A DNA stretch of 64,000 nucleotides from the human T2T-CHM13v2.0 reference genome, Homo sapiens (GCF_009914755.1 NC_060939.1); one strand, 5' to 3'; counted from the first letter of the stretch, positions 1 through 14,950 are shown. Notes: a model not told the origin generated them from the sequence alone. Numbers and translations: made by a program.

Positions 1-14
1 GCACAACACCACGC

Positions 15-46
<32 letters not shown>

Positions 47-74
47 GTATTTTTAGTAGAGACGGGGTTTCATC
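1..74 (-). mobile_element. Alu fragment, cut by the window edge and 5'-truncated
   Basis: ccacgcctggct...(T)n gtatttttagtagagacggggtttca matches the antisense Alu linker and left arm. Confidence 0.9.
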
Positions 75-148
75 AGACTCTTTTCTAGAATTTTTGTCAT
101 CAGTAACTCTGTCCAAGCCCTCCCCCTCCCCCAGGCAAATCATCCACA

Positions 149-174
149 AACACACACACACACACACACACACA
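149..174. repeat. (CA)n microsatellite
   Basis: Direct inspection. Confidence 0.95.
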
Positions 175-496
175 GAGTGGGTAAGAAAGGTCTAACAATT
201 TGTTGACAATGCTCATGCACATTAGGTAGAAACAGAAGTCAATGAGAAGTGTAAGCATTCTGATTGCCTAGGATTTGTTGAAATGGCTCGTATGAATTGC
301 TGTCAATGGTCTTCAGGCCCTGCCACTCTTGTGCTCATGTGTGTGCGAAAATGGTTCATTAACAAACCCTCTGGTCATGTTCAGTGCCACTGCACCTGTA
401 TATATTGTAGCTCACAGGTAGGATTGATGTAGTCACAGTTAGACATGCCTCTATGTGATGCTCTATGTGTGTGTGTTGAAGGGAGGGGATTGGTAG

Positions 497-809
<313 letters not shown>

Positions 810-849
810 ATTTTTAAATTTATAACACTCATTCCTGGCAGAGATCTGG

Positions 850-1700
<851 letters not shown>

Positions 1701-2301
1701 GAAATGTTGCACTTTGAAGGAGGCCCATGGGTGTGGAAGAGCTCTTATCAAGGAATTTGGCCCATTCACGCACCACCCCACTTACTCCTAAAGCCCCCAC
1801 AGATCTCATGAACACTTGGCAAAAGCTCTCTGTTCTTCTCTATTGTGTTTACCTAGCAAACATCCTCACACTTGAAGTTTACAGTCTCTCGCTTTTGTTA
1901 ATCTCAGTCTCTGACTACTTGAACACGAGTGCCCACAGAAGTCTCCTCCAGCTCCTCTCCCCAATACTTTTACTTTGGAACCCTTCTTTCTTGAACACAG
2001 TTCTACACTAGCTGCGTGGTTTCAAGCACCATTAACTATATGTAAGAGGCTTTCTCTAGCCCACCTGCCACATCTTTCAGAATTCATATTTCAATAAGTG
2101 TGACGTATTACTGCATTATTGAACCATCAGAGTTAATTCTCATCTCTTTATACGCTCCCCCCACCCAGTTATGGGAATGGGATTAAATACAAAATGTTAG
2201 TTGTTTGTATTTATGTAAACATTTAACTCATGAAAATCTTTGAAAACCACGAAACTCACTTTGGGAATTTGGTTTCGGAGAGTTAGTTATACAGACAGAG
2301 G

Positions 2302-2644
<343 letters not shown>

Positions 2645-4099
2645 TTATATTACCTGGAGTTTGACAATTTTACATTTTTCCAACATTTGTTTTGTGTATT
2701 TTGTGAATATGCAGCTAGATCAAACTCTATGCAAACAAGCTCTTCTGTTTCAGTATCAAAATCCATGAATGTCCTCCCGAAAATTTCTTCTTGTTTAAAT
2801 TGTGCTAAGTGTACCATTAAGCCTTATGTATGTGGCAGGTATAAATGGAGAAAACAGAGGCTATTTTATTGAATTGAAACAAATGCCCACCTTTCCATCA
2901 GATCAGCCTTTGTTTTTTTGACTTGTGCTCTTCAGACTCCTATTTCCTTTGGTGGTGGCAACACATCCTTGCTTGTAGGGGCAATTTGCCCTCCATCATA
3001 TCAGAATCAAAGAGCATCGTTTATTGGTTGAAAAGCAGTAAGTGCAAGGCATTGCCCTGGAAGAAAGAAAAATATGACTGTGCTAAGAATTTTTCAGCAC
3101 ATTCCAAAGTATATCTCAGCAATTCTGTGCTCTGGTGGGGCTAGAGTCCCAAGCACGGCATCTGTGCAAATACAACATGGCGCCCTCTGAGGCCAGGCTA
3201 TTTCAGGACCATACATGTGCAATGATAAATAATCCTGCTGGGTATGTTATCACACATCATGGTAAATCTGAGAAGCAATCCATCTGGAATGCTTTATACT
3301 CTGAAATACAAGCTTTCAGAATTAGGCAAAGTGCATTTTCTTTGAGCTAGCTAGTTACGAAGAAAGAATTGGCTGCAACAGAGGTCAAAGCCACAGAGAG
3401 ATGTTCGATACACAAGTAGATAATGAGGTGCCATAAGATTTGTTACATCAGCTGGTATCTCAAAGCTCCCTCTAAAAGAGTTTCTTATTTGTAAATAAAA
3501 TACAAATGCCCCACCCCAGCCAAAACTTGAATGGGAGCAAGAGGTTAAACTGCTAAGGATAAGATACCAAACGTAATATGACTTGCACTATCAACCCAGT
3601 ATCCTTTGGGATAAGCAAAGCCCTCTTTAAATATAAAATTACTATTTGTTGCATATAATCTTGATAGAGGCATCACCAAATTTATTATGACTTTTCTCTA
3701 CAAGATGGCTAATCGCTATTGAAATAAGATTCCTTAATTAAATCAGGAACAAATGTAATTCACTTAAAGCTCCATATTGCACACACGCGGCGAGAGAGGC
3801 AATACTGAGAGTGACTATCACGCCAGCTGTTCTGCTGATTTGTCAGCAGCAGTCCCTGAGTTCAAGGCATGTCTTATTTTATCAGCACTAGAGAGACTGA
3901 AGAAGAGGAAGTGCATTTGGAAAGGAATGCACCAGACTGACAGTTATGGACGGTGATGCCATGAACAGCGTACAGCCAACCAGAGGCCACAAGCTCTTTT
4001 CACTCTGCCATGAGCTTAGGGTTTCACACGGAAGGACACAGATTTGTCAGGGCAGGGTTGGTCTCCTGCAGCAGAAGATTGCAGCAGGACATAATGAAA

Positions 4100-4235
4100 T
4101 AGGATGATGTAGCAGAGAGGATACTGGATTGGAACAAAAGGATATGATTTTTATGCTATTTATTTGCTGTGGGACTTTGACAAATACCATGACCTCTCTG
4201 ATCTGTGGTGTCCTTACCTGAGTAATAGTGGTCAT
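4100..4235 (+). mobile_element. MIR fragment
   Basis: MIR core-like tgctatttatttgctgtgggactttgacaaat...cctctctg. Confidence 0.55.
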
Positions 4236-4253
4236 AGTGTATTAGTGTATGAG

Positions 4254-4651
4254 TGTACTAGTCAGCTAGGGCTGCCATAACAAAATGCCACCGACTGAGA
4301 ATCTATTTTCTCACAGTGCTGGAGGCTAGAAATCCAAGATCAGGTGTCAGAAAGTGTAGTTTCTTCTGAGGCCACCCTTCTTGGCTTGTAGATGATTGCC
4401 TTTCCCCTGTGTTCTCAATAGTCTTTCCTCTAGGTAGGCATTCCTTGCATCTTTTGTGTCTTCAAATTTCCTCTTCTTATAAAGACACCAGTCAGATTGA
4501 ATTAGAGAGGGCCCGATGTCATGCCTCATTTCAGCTTAATCACTTCTGTGAATGTCCTATCTCCAAGTAGAGTTACATGCTGAAGTACTGGAGGTTAGGA
4601 CTTCAACATATTAATTTGGTTGGGGTGGAGGACACCGTTCAGTCCATAACA
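4254..4651 (-). mobile_element. MaLR solo LTR (MLT1A/B/C-like)
   Basis: Begins tgtactagtcagctagggctgccataacaaa, contains ctggaggctagaaatccaagatcag, ends cagtccataaca. Confidence 0.85.
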
Positions 4652-4879
4652 CAGAGTCAATGTAAGCATGCAATGAGATAACGAACCTTCAAGTACAGGA
4701 TAGATTGCAAGGCGCTATACGATATGATATATTATCATTTGGAAGGAAATGTCATAACACAACAGCTTCAGACCTGCACCAGAAGCAGCTGATCATGGGA
4801 GCCATCTTAAGGCCTTCCTGTTGCAAGGTAAAGTAGAAATGGGGAAAGTGCAGAAAAAACATACAAAATAATTTTTATG

Positions 4880-5358
4880 ATTTTTTTTGCCATTGATCAT
4901 CCATTCCTTTTCATAAGTGTACCTTGATTTCCTTTGGGGCTTTACCTCCCCAAACCCCTACACTGGGTGCTGTGAAAATGACCTGTATTTCCACCATAAA
5001 CCTGAGAGGTCCCTGCAAAGACTTTCCACTAGATCCTTTCTTTTACACTATACAGCCAAGAGCGTAGAGCATGCAACCCAAGCTGGTCAACTGGTTATAC
5101 TCTCCTAGGACTTTGTTTCCTGTTTAAAGTGACATAAGGTTAGAGAAAAACATTGTTACATTGTTGGGTTTCATTTTTTCCATCTGAAGAGTTTCTGATG
5201 GTCCAATGTGTCAGATAGTTATGCTTCCAAGCCTGTTTTTTTTTTTTTTACCTTATTACTAATTATTAGTGCTTCCTAATATCCTTTACCCAAATCCTCT
5301 TTTGCATAAGTTTGCCAGAGTTTGTGTCTGTTGCTTGCAAACAAAAAGCTATAACCAG
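4880..5358 (+). mobile_element. ERVL LTR33-like solo LTR (degenerate)
   Basis: 3' end aaatcctcttttgcataagtttgccagagtttgtgtctgttgcttgcaaacaa is typical of LTR33. Confidence 0.6.
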
Positions 5359-5984
5359 AAAATAAGGGTAGAAGAATGAACAGAAAGAAATTTGTAAGAA
5401 AGGAGGAAAAATGAAAGATCGGAAGATAGAAAAGTGAAAGGAAGGAAGAAAGAATGGGTGGAAGCGATGAAACAGAAGGGGGTTGGATGAAAAATCAAAG
5501 GGTCATGAGGCATAGCAACTCAGATCTTTTGTGAGGGCAATCAGTTCCATGCCCAGAGAAAGTAATATGGTTTTCCTCTGCTGCTTAACATATAGTTACA
5601 CCTCAGTGAGAAGATCTTTCTGTTCATGGAAACTAGTGCTGCGCTTGTCCACCCAGTTTTCACCTCCCTAGGTAGCCTATGTTTATGACACCTTATATAG
5701 AGTTGAAATTTGCTCCCAGTAATCTACACCCTCAAAACAGGTCTTCTGACAACCTGCAAATATTTTAAGACTGACCGAGAGAGACAAGGTGAAGACATCA
5801 CAGATAAACCATCCAGGAACGTTCCTCAATGAAGTCACTATATTCCAGATTCTTGTCTTCAGCTTTGTCTCTCCAGAAACTCAATGTAGCTAGGGGACCT
5901 AGAATTCCAGAACTGACAAGGTTAATTCAAACACACTCACAAAAGACTGATGATAGAATAGGTTTCCAGTTTCTCAATATAAAA

Positions 5985-6160
5985 GTACTAGGTTAGAATC
6001 TGAGCTGGTTCCAAACTTAGCCAGAATAACGATGTGATTTTGTGCAAGTTAGTGAACTTCTCTGAGCCTTGGTAATATCTGTAGTTGGCGTGAGTGTCAC
6101 ATTAGCCATTACCTGTGAAGTGCCTGGAGCATTGTGGCGACCCAGTACATGTTAGTTGCA
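5985..6160 (+). mobile_element. MIR
   Basis: gtgattttgtgcaagttagtgaacttctctgagcctt core. Confidence 0.6.
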
Positions 6161-6174
6161 TTCCCTTACCTTCT

Positions 6175-6780
6175 ATGCCAGGTGCTTCTCCTGAAGCTCT
6201 TCAGATACTCTTGGCCTCACTGTTCTTGTTCCAGCTACTGCTGCGGCAACCAGCTCTGCATGGCCCCTGACTAAGTTCACGCAGGCACAACCTAGCAGTA
6301 ACTTCCTGCTGCCTGTGCCTGCTTCTCTCCATCCTGGGCTTTTCTATTGACTTGGAGTATGCCAGGCTCTGGGGGTGGGGGTGGGGGGGCTGCAAAATCC
6401 TTCTTAGTGCCCACCTGTGCAAAACTCTGATATGTGTTTGGGGGCGGGGGAGGGGGGCAGGGTTATCACCAAAGGGTGAATCGTTGACCAACGGAAGACG
6501 GGACTCAGGATAAACCCTTCCCTCTTTCTCTTCTCCGCTGTCCTGAGACCCATCTATAAGACGTCTCAGAGGACTGTACTGTCCCTTTGTGTCTGGGTCC
6601 CTTGGCCCCTCGAAATCCAGTAAGCAGTGGCATCTGGTGGTGACTAACTCAGTAAGTTATCCTCATATTGGCTCTGTCTCCTTCTCTGCCTTATCCTCTG
6701 AAATGCTTCCTCTCTACCTAGTAAGAACACATAAGCCTTTTCTTCACGCTCTGTTTTCTAGGGAAGACGAGATAAAGTGA
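6175..6780 (+). mobile_element. ERVL LTR16-like solo LTR
   Basis: ttgaccaacggaagacggga and 3' aagccttttcttcacgctctgttttctagggaa resemble the LTR16 family. Confidence 0.55.
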
Positions 6781-6892
6781 ACTGTAACCCCCTTCACCTT
6801 TCCAGTCACCAGAATAGCTCCATCAGTCTCTCCATTGTCCAGATCAGGCAAATTTTATGGTGTCCAGCAGGCGAAATTAACAGTTAAGAGTT

Positions 6893-7558
<666 letters not shown>

Positions 7559-8009
7559 TTATATCACAAAGGGAATGTGAGAGATGTTAGGAATAGTCCA
7601 TGGAGACTCTGCTGCAATAGAGCTCACCTCCAGTGACAGCCATGTTTAATGACTCTGCTCCTGGAAAGTCCTGGGAGACCATTGCCCCCAACCCACTTCA
7701 TGTCTACACTTTTCCTGAAACCCAAGCAGACTCTCATGGGTTTTAGGAAAAGTTTTTGGTTTCATATCTACATATCTACACTTTTCCTAAAACCCAAGCA
7801 GACTCTCTCCTATGTGTGAACACCTTCTTTGTGTAGATATTACATTCAATGAGAAAGCAGCAGCTTTCTTTGTTATAATGATGACATTCATGGTCTGTCT
7901 CCATCTCCTTTCCCTAGTCACCTGGATTTTGTTTCCTGACCTGTCTAGTTTCTGCAAATCTAGTTTCTGCAAAAATTAGCAGAATAATAGCAGAAATTAG
8001 CAGAATAAA

Positions 8010-8240
8010 TGTAGTAATAATAATAGCAGCTAGTGTACCATGTGTCAGGCACCATTCTAAACGTTTTACTTGTATTAGTTCATGTAATTCTCACAACACC
8101 ATTATATGATCAGTGCTATGAATATCCTCATTTTATAGGGAAGAAAATCAAAGCACAGAGAGATGATATAATCTGCCCACATAGCTATTAGGTGTCGGTG
8201 AGCTCTCATACTGAAGCAGTTGCCTCCAAAACCTGGGTCC
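8010..8240 (-). mobile_element. MIR
   Basis: tgtgtcaggcaccattctaa...ctcattttatagggaagaaaatcaaagcacagaga. Confidence 0.75.
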
Positions 8241-8630
8241 TTAATCCCTACATTTTACAGCCTCAAATCCCATTCTCTACGCTTCTTACTCTAACAGTGA
8301 TCTTATTTCCAAGTTGTGAGGACATTTTATGGTTGCTCTTTATGGGTTCTCTACCCCACTCTTCACCTTGCTGACTCCCCTTTGTTTTGGGATCAAAACA
8401 CCACCAGTTCTTTCCAACATCTTCTACATGGCATGTCCTCGTGTGTCCATATCTAATTATGTAACAGGAAATGCTATCCCATGCTCTGGGTATGAAGTCC
8501 AGTGGGACCATTCCTGCTGGAATTTGTAAACCACACTTTCATAAATATAGTCAAAGATTATGCTGGACTTAGTGTAATTAATTAGACTATCAATATCACC
8601 TAAGCTATGATTTAGACCTTGAAAGCCCCC

Positions 8631-9086
8631 TGTTACAGGCTGAATTGTGTATCCTCCCCTTATTCAGTTTATATATTCGAGTCCTAACCCCAGTACCTCA
8701 GATGTGAACTTGTTGGGAAACAGGGTCACTGCAGATGTCACTAGTTATGAGGAGGTCATTTGGGTGGATCCTCATTTGATATGACTAGTGTCCTAATCAC
8801 AAGGAAAAATTTGGAAACACACAGAGAAAACACCATGTGGTAATAAAGGAAGAGATAGGGAGGGATGCTTCCACAAGCCAATAAATGACAAAGATTGACA
8901 GCAAACCATAAGAAGCTAGGGAAGACGCCTGGAGCGGATTCTTACACACAGCCCTCAGAGGAACCACCCTTGCCCTCACCTTGATCTCAGACTTCTAGCC
9001 TCCAGAGCTGTAAGACAACAAATTTCTGTTGTTTAAGCCACTCAGTTCGTGTTACTTGGTCACAGCAGCTCTAGCAAATTAATATA
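8631..9086 (+). mobile_element. MaLR solo LTR (MLT1B/C-like)
   Basis: tgttacaggctgaattgtgt...gacttctagcctccagagctgtaagacaacaaatttctgttgtttaagcca. Confidence 0.88.
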
Positions 9087-9788
9087 TCCCCTAAGATCTT
9101 TTCTACAAGTCAGGTCTTCCCTATCCTGTACTACGCAATTATTTTTCTTTTTATACCCAAGGACAGGACTTCATTTATTTTTATATCTCTATTTAATTTT
9201 GGTTCAGAATCTAGCCCATCAAAATCATTCAGCATCTTGATTTTGTCATATGTTGCATTCACTTCCCTTCCAGGTTTATATCATCTGCAAACTGAATATT
9301 TAAATCCTCTGGGGTAGGGACCATGTCCTCCTCCTCCTGAGATTTATAAAGAGAACAATGAGTCAATGATGCTTAGAATGTCATTGGCCTCATAGAAAGA
9401 TACACATTCTTCCAGGCTGAATGAACAGTAGTGTTTTTACTATTAATGTCACTAATATGTTTATGTGGATGGCAGATTTCCCATAGGCCGACCTAAGTCA
9501 GTAAGACGGAAAATCTTATCTCTCTCCACTAAAATGACATGGTGGAAGTGTAATAAAAGACCTCTCTAGTTATTACAATTACATAAAAAATAACAGAAGC
9601 CACTGAAAAATCAACAAATCAACAATTCCGCTCATGTCTATACCTGCTTTCTTCCTTTCTGTCTTTCTCTTTGGTGGTGTGTGCTTGTTCCAGCTAGCTC
9701 TTGCTTACTTAGTTATCTCACAGATGAGCTTGGCTGAATTCAATACAGAGGAAGGTATGGCAGTGCCTTTTGCTTTTTGCATGCTTGT

Positions 9789-10034
9789 TGTTTTGAAATA
9801 CTTGACCTGAAATTTTCTGTTTGGCATGACACAGCTTTTGTGTGTTATTCACATTTTCATTGCAAATAAATCTTGCTGTTTGGTACTGTGACACATAAAA
9901 GAAGCAGCTTATGTTTTGAAATACTTGACCTGAAATTTTCAGTTTGGCATGACACAGCTTTTGTGTGTTATTCACATTTTCATTGCAAATAAATCTTGCT
10001 GTTTGGTACTGTGACACATAAAAGAAGCAGCTTA
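9789..10034. repeat. 123-bp tandem duplication (2 copies, 1 mismatch)
   Basis: 9789-9911 equals 9912-10034 except ttttctgt/ttttcagt; visible as a repeated peptide in ORF 9718..10017. Confidence 0.97.
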
Positions 10035-11089
10035 GACTTCATTTTTCTCTCTCCAGCCTGTTGCACCAGTAGCCATATAGCACCTGTTGGCACATGATCT
10101 TGTTTCTTAATTATCACGGGCTCCCTGAGTGATCTGGAGCCCATCACTGCACCTCTCTGGGCCGCTGGAAAATGAAGGGCTTGGGACGGCTAACTTCTGA
10201 GGTCCTTTTTAGCCCTGACGTTTTCAGATGTTCTGGGTGGGTGGTTGGAGGCAGGGGGATTTCTCATTATAGATACATGTCTTCAAAATGGAAATTCTCT
10301 TCTTCAGAAAAGCAATTCTTGTTGGAATTTCAAGGGCAACAAAGAATTGGAACAGGTTTAGCAATAACTCAAATCTTTCTCGAAACATTTTTTCTAATGT
10401 TTCTAAGTGAAAGGTGTCAAAAGCATTACATTCACTGGTGTGAATTTTTATTAGATATCAAGAGTAAATAATATATAATGGGAAGAAATTTCTATTAAAT
10501 CTATTTGGGACCTTATGGAGATAAAGCCATTTGATTTGTGCTTGGATTCAATATGGATGCAGCATTAATATTTATCTATGAATAATTCATGGCTATTATT
10601 TTTATAGGTGTCTAAAACAATCTTTGCCTTTGAAAGACATGTGGGAAATCAGGAGCTTCCCCAAACCTCCAGGGAGCGCCCTGGATAATAATTCTTCTGC
10701 ATGCGCATGGCCCAACTAGGCTGAGCAGGTGTTTGTGATCATTAAAGGCAGGTGCAGCCTGGTGGGGAGAGAAGGCAAGGGATCCCAGCAAGATGTCCTG
10801 GGGCCAGTGGTGATGGAAGAGCTTAAAGTTCCTGTTAGTACAGAAACTTAGTTGAGCAAATATAGAAAATAAACAAAATTAAATTTTGGCTTGCCCCCCC
10901 AAAACATAGCCTCTAAAAATTGGTTTTGAGGAAATTAACATGTTTACTCTGCACTACAGAGTGAACTACAGTGAAACATTACCTATGCAATTTCAATAAA
11001 ACTGCACCAGCCCAGGGAAATACTAACTTCAGCTTCTTTGTATAGATCTGCTAGCCAAGTTTCAAAGGGCTAAGGTAGGGAAAAAAAAG

Positions 11090-11270
11090 CCAGCATTTAT
11101 TAAATATTTGCCACATTTCAAACACTAGGATAGATTTGATTAATTCACACAAGAGTCCTGTGAGACATGAGTCCATTTGTGAGATAATGAAACTGAGGCT
11201 AGTAGAGGTTACGTATCTCATCCCAACAAGAAATGGCAGAATCTAAACTCTCCATTCTACCCTGCTGCAT
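11090..11270 (-). mobile_element. MIR
   Basis: cagcatttattaaatatttgcc...gataatgaaactgaggct. Confidence 0.65.
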
Positions 11271-11510
11271 CATGAGTACAGTTGGAGTTTGATCTTAAAA
11301 CAATACTAACAACCCTAAAAACATATTAAGATTCAGTAAAATTCCTATAAACCTTTAGGACATTGGAACGTTTTCCCGATAGTCCCAAGTTTAGGTGCAC
11401 TTCAATAGGGCAAATTCTTCTCCAACACGGTTCAGTGCAGGATTAACCTGAGATCTACAGATTTGCTTCAGATGTCAGTGAGCCTTCTGGAATTGCATGC
11501 GAAATGATGC

Positions 11511-11513
<3 letters not shown>

Positions 11514-11552
<39 letters not shown>
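11514..11552. repeat. (TG)n microsatellite
   Basis: Direct inspection. Confidence 0.95.
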
Positions 11553-11553
<1 letters not shown>

Positions 11554-11944
11554 TACTGCTCTCATTTGACTTTCAGAAAGCTCTCAATTTTAAAGAAGGT
11601 AAGGAATTAATGGCACAGATTTGTAGAACTATTTTTATGAGCCCCCAGGCTACTGGTGCTTTAATGAACCAGTGAGAAGATGGACAGTGTGAGCCACAGA
11701 GGAGGTGGTTGCTTACAATTAGGTATTATCTATTGAGAGAAAATTCAGAAGAAATTTGTTGCCAAACTTAAGAGAGAGTTCCAACAAGCTTTTTAGGGGT
11801 AGAATCATATCCAAATTCATCTCATTCAGTCCTGAGTGCTAGTTAGGTAGGAGCTTGACCCATCAGAGAGTAACCAGAGGGAAACAACCACAGTGGGGCT
11901 TGCATCGGGAAACCACATCATGCAGAGAAAGATTGGGGAACCAG

Positions 11945-12930
11945 GGATGAAGGGAACACCCAGCCATTGTGAGTAGGAGTGTAAATTGTTGGGATAACTT
12001 TGAAAAGCACTTTTATAATATGTCATAATCTGAAAACATGCATCTTCTACAACTCAGCACTTCTACCTTTTCATAGAGAAACTCACTCATGTATGCCAGG
12101 AGCCATGCAGAAAAAATGTCATTATTGCATTGTGTGTAGTAGCAGAAATGAAAAGAATTTTTTAAGAGAGAAAAAAAGAAATGAAAATCTATATGCTTAT
12201 CAACAGGAGAATTAATTACTAAAAAGGTGTAAAATTTTTATAAGATGGAAAGTAAGCAAAATGGAAAGGAGCTAAAATGAATGAACTAGAGCTACATTTA
12301 CCTATGTGGAAAATTTCAATACAAATTTACAAAATTTTTTAAAATAAAAATAAAGCAAATAACAAAAGGTTACATACAACATGACATCCTTAATATGAAG
12401 CTTAAAACTCTGCAAACTAAGTTATATATGGTTGATAGACACATGTCTATGTAGTAAAAGTGAAAAAATCTGCATGGGTGCACCTGTAGTTCCAGCTACT
12501 TGAGGGGCGGAGGTGGGAGGATCGCTTGGGCACAGGAGGTTGAGGCTGCAGTCAGCTGTGTTTGTGCCACTGCACTTCAGCCTGGGTGACACAGCAAGAC
12601 CTTGTCTCAAAAAAATAAAACATTAAAACAGTTTTTTAAAAAATAAAAATCTGCCTGGGAACGATATCCTCAACATTAAGACGGTAGTTATTTTGGGGGA
12701 CAAAGTGAAAAATGGCTTTAGAGCAGTTACAAAGGGAGCTTCAGCTTTAACTGTGCTATTTTATTTCTTGATAAAAATCTACAACATATGTGTTTTACAA
12801 TATACATATATGGAAAAATAGTACAGTTTAACAAAGCTAGGTGGTGGGTACATAGTTTTATTATTGCTGTCGTTAGTATTCTTTATGCATATCTCTGTGT
12901 GTCAAATATTTTATAATAATGAAGCACGAA
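11945..12930 (+). mobile_element. Old L1 (L1ME/MC) 3' fragment
   Basis: gggaacacccagccattgtgagtaggagtgtaaattg; aaaatgaatgaactagagctaca; ctaggtggtgggtacat. Confidence 0.65.
12479..12648 (+). mobile_element. 5'-truncated Alu (right arm only, AluJ/FRAM-like)
   Basis: tgcacctgtagttccagctact...gaccttgtctc(A)n; flanked by aaaaatctgc(a/c)tggg TSD-like repeat. Confidence 0.85.
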
Positions 12931-13280
12931 AAATGTTGTAGGCTCCCTTTACTGGCAGGTTCAGTTTGAGGCTGCACGGGTTTTTTAGAGTTAATCCTTG
13001 CACCAGCCTGAGACTAAATTAAATGGTAGATCTTTGCAGCTAGCAGCTTGTGCCCCCAACAGCACCCTAGCATGCCCTTAAGCAGCCTTTCTTTGCTTTC
13101 TACCTGCTTTGTTTTACCTGGGACTCCAGAATCAATGCAGAGAAGAATGCAATGAAATGAAAATCCCCGTTGGAAATCTTGTTTCTTTTGAGGGCAGGAT
13201 CCCTTTGAATATTTAGATCCTGTGTGTAATTCCTACACAATATATGGATGAGTGAGTCCTTAGACTTGACAATGGCATTT

Positions 13281-13617
13281 CAGGAGGACTTTCCTTATCC
13301 ATGGGGGATATATCACAAGACCCCCAGTGGATGCCAGAAACCAAAGTTAGTACAGAACCATCTGTGTGTGTGTGTGTGTGTGTGTGTATGTATATGTATA
13401 TTAATCTTTCTTCCTATATATACATACCTATAATGTTTCGTTTATAAATTAGGCACAGTAAGAGGATAACAATAATAAAATAGAACAATTATAACAACAT
13501 ACTGTAATAAAAGTTATGTGAATGTTTATTTCTGGAATTTTCCATTTAATATTTCAAGCTTGACCCTGGGAATCTGAAACCTTGAAAAGCGAAATCATAG
13601 ACAAGCGGAGACTGCTT
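13281..13617 (-). mobile_element. MER44 (Tigger7-derived DNA transposon) with internal (TG)n
   Basis: tttatttctggaattttccatttaatattt...gaaacc..gaaaagcgaaa..gacaagcggagactg matches antisense MER44; degenerate TIR ccttatcc at left. Confidence 0.75.
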
Positions 13618-14169
13618 TAGTCTCACAGAGAAAACCTTCACATCTTTTTGTTTTCAGAGTGCCGACCAGAGGTTAAATAGGGACAGAGTTTGTCCCTGGT
13701 TCCCTGTCCCCCAATTCCTTTCAGCTGCCTCCTTACTCCTCCAAGTAAGAAAGCACCCAAGCACACCACCCACTCTGCCCTAGAAGTGCCCGATATCTTC
13801 AAAACTGCCCTGCCCTGCCCGAAGATCCTCTCCCCTGACCTTGACACCCCACCTGTGCCTGGCCTTTAAGCCAGTGCTTCACATTGCCTGTGCTCCCTTC
13901 CCACCCTTGCCCCATTCAGAGCTCCCCTGCTTACCATCTCCTTGGGGACCTGCGTCCTACCAAGGGGAAGATGAGGTGGTGCATTTGCATGCAGTCAGCC
14001 GTCTGAGTCTTTAACCCAAAGCCGGGACCCAGGGCATTGAAAAAGAAGCAGGAAAGGTATTTGGGGGCAGGTAGCCTTTTTAGTTTACCCATATCTAAGG
14101 GTTTCCTGAGTTTCCCCCAGACAAGCTTTAATTTGGGGGAATTCTTTCCTTTTGACCTGGTATCATAGA

Positions 14170-14360
14170 CTTGGCACACACATTGCGAGCCAGTGGATCC
14201 TGGTTGAAACTTTGTCTGCTACTTTCTGGCTGGCTGACCCCAGGCAAATTTCTTAAACATCCTGTATTCTTAAACAAACAGTTTTCCCAGAAGTAAAATA
14301 GGGAACTAAATAAGATAAACTGTAAAAGGCTGCATCAGAGCACTGCTCAGTTGATGTTAG
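14170..14360 (+). mobile_element. MIR
   Basis: ctggctggctgaccccaggcaaatttcttaa core. Confidence 0.5.
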
Positions 14361-14364
14361 TTCC

Positions 14365-14950
14365 TGTATTAGTTATCTATGGCTGTACAACCAATTAGCC
14401 CAAACACAGCAGCTTATAACAGTATGCATTAGTTATCTCACACTTCTGGTAAATCAGGAATCTGGGTGCAACATTGCTGGATCTTCTGGCTTAGGATCCC
14501 ACAGGCTACAACCAAGGTGTCGACGAGGGCGAGTCATCTTAAGACCTGACTGGGGAAGGATCTGCTTCCAAACTCACTCACGTGGTTGTTAACAGGATTC
14601 AAGCTCCTTGTGGGCTGTTGGAATGGGGGCCTCAGTTCCCCACTGGCTGATGGATGGAGGCTGTCCTGTGTTCCTTGCCACGTGGGCCTCTGCAGCATGG
14701 CAGTGGGCTTCATTAAAGTAAGCAAACTAAGAATGCAAAACACACACAGAGAGAGAGAGAGAGAGAGAAAGATGGAAGTCATGATCTTTTATAATCTAGG
14801 CTCAGAAGTGACATCCTCTCCCTTTTGCCATATGCTACTCATTAGAAGCAGGGAGGTCTGGCCCGCACTCATGGGGAGGGAACTACACAAGGATATGAGG
14901 CCCAGAAGGCAGGGTGCACTGGGGGCCTCGCTTCAAGGCTGCATACCACC
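14365..14950 (-). mobile_element. MaLR solo LTR (MLT1F/G-like)
   Basis: tgtattagttatctatggctg...tgactggggaaggatctgcttccaaactcactcacgtggttg. Confidence 0.85.
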
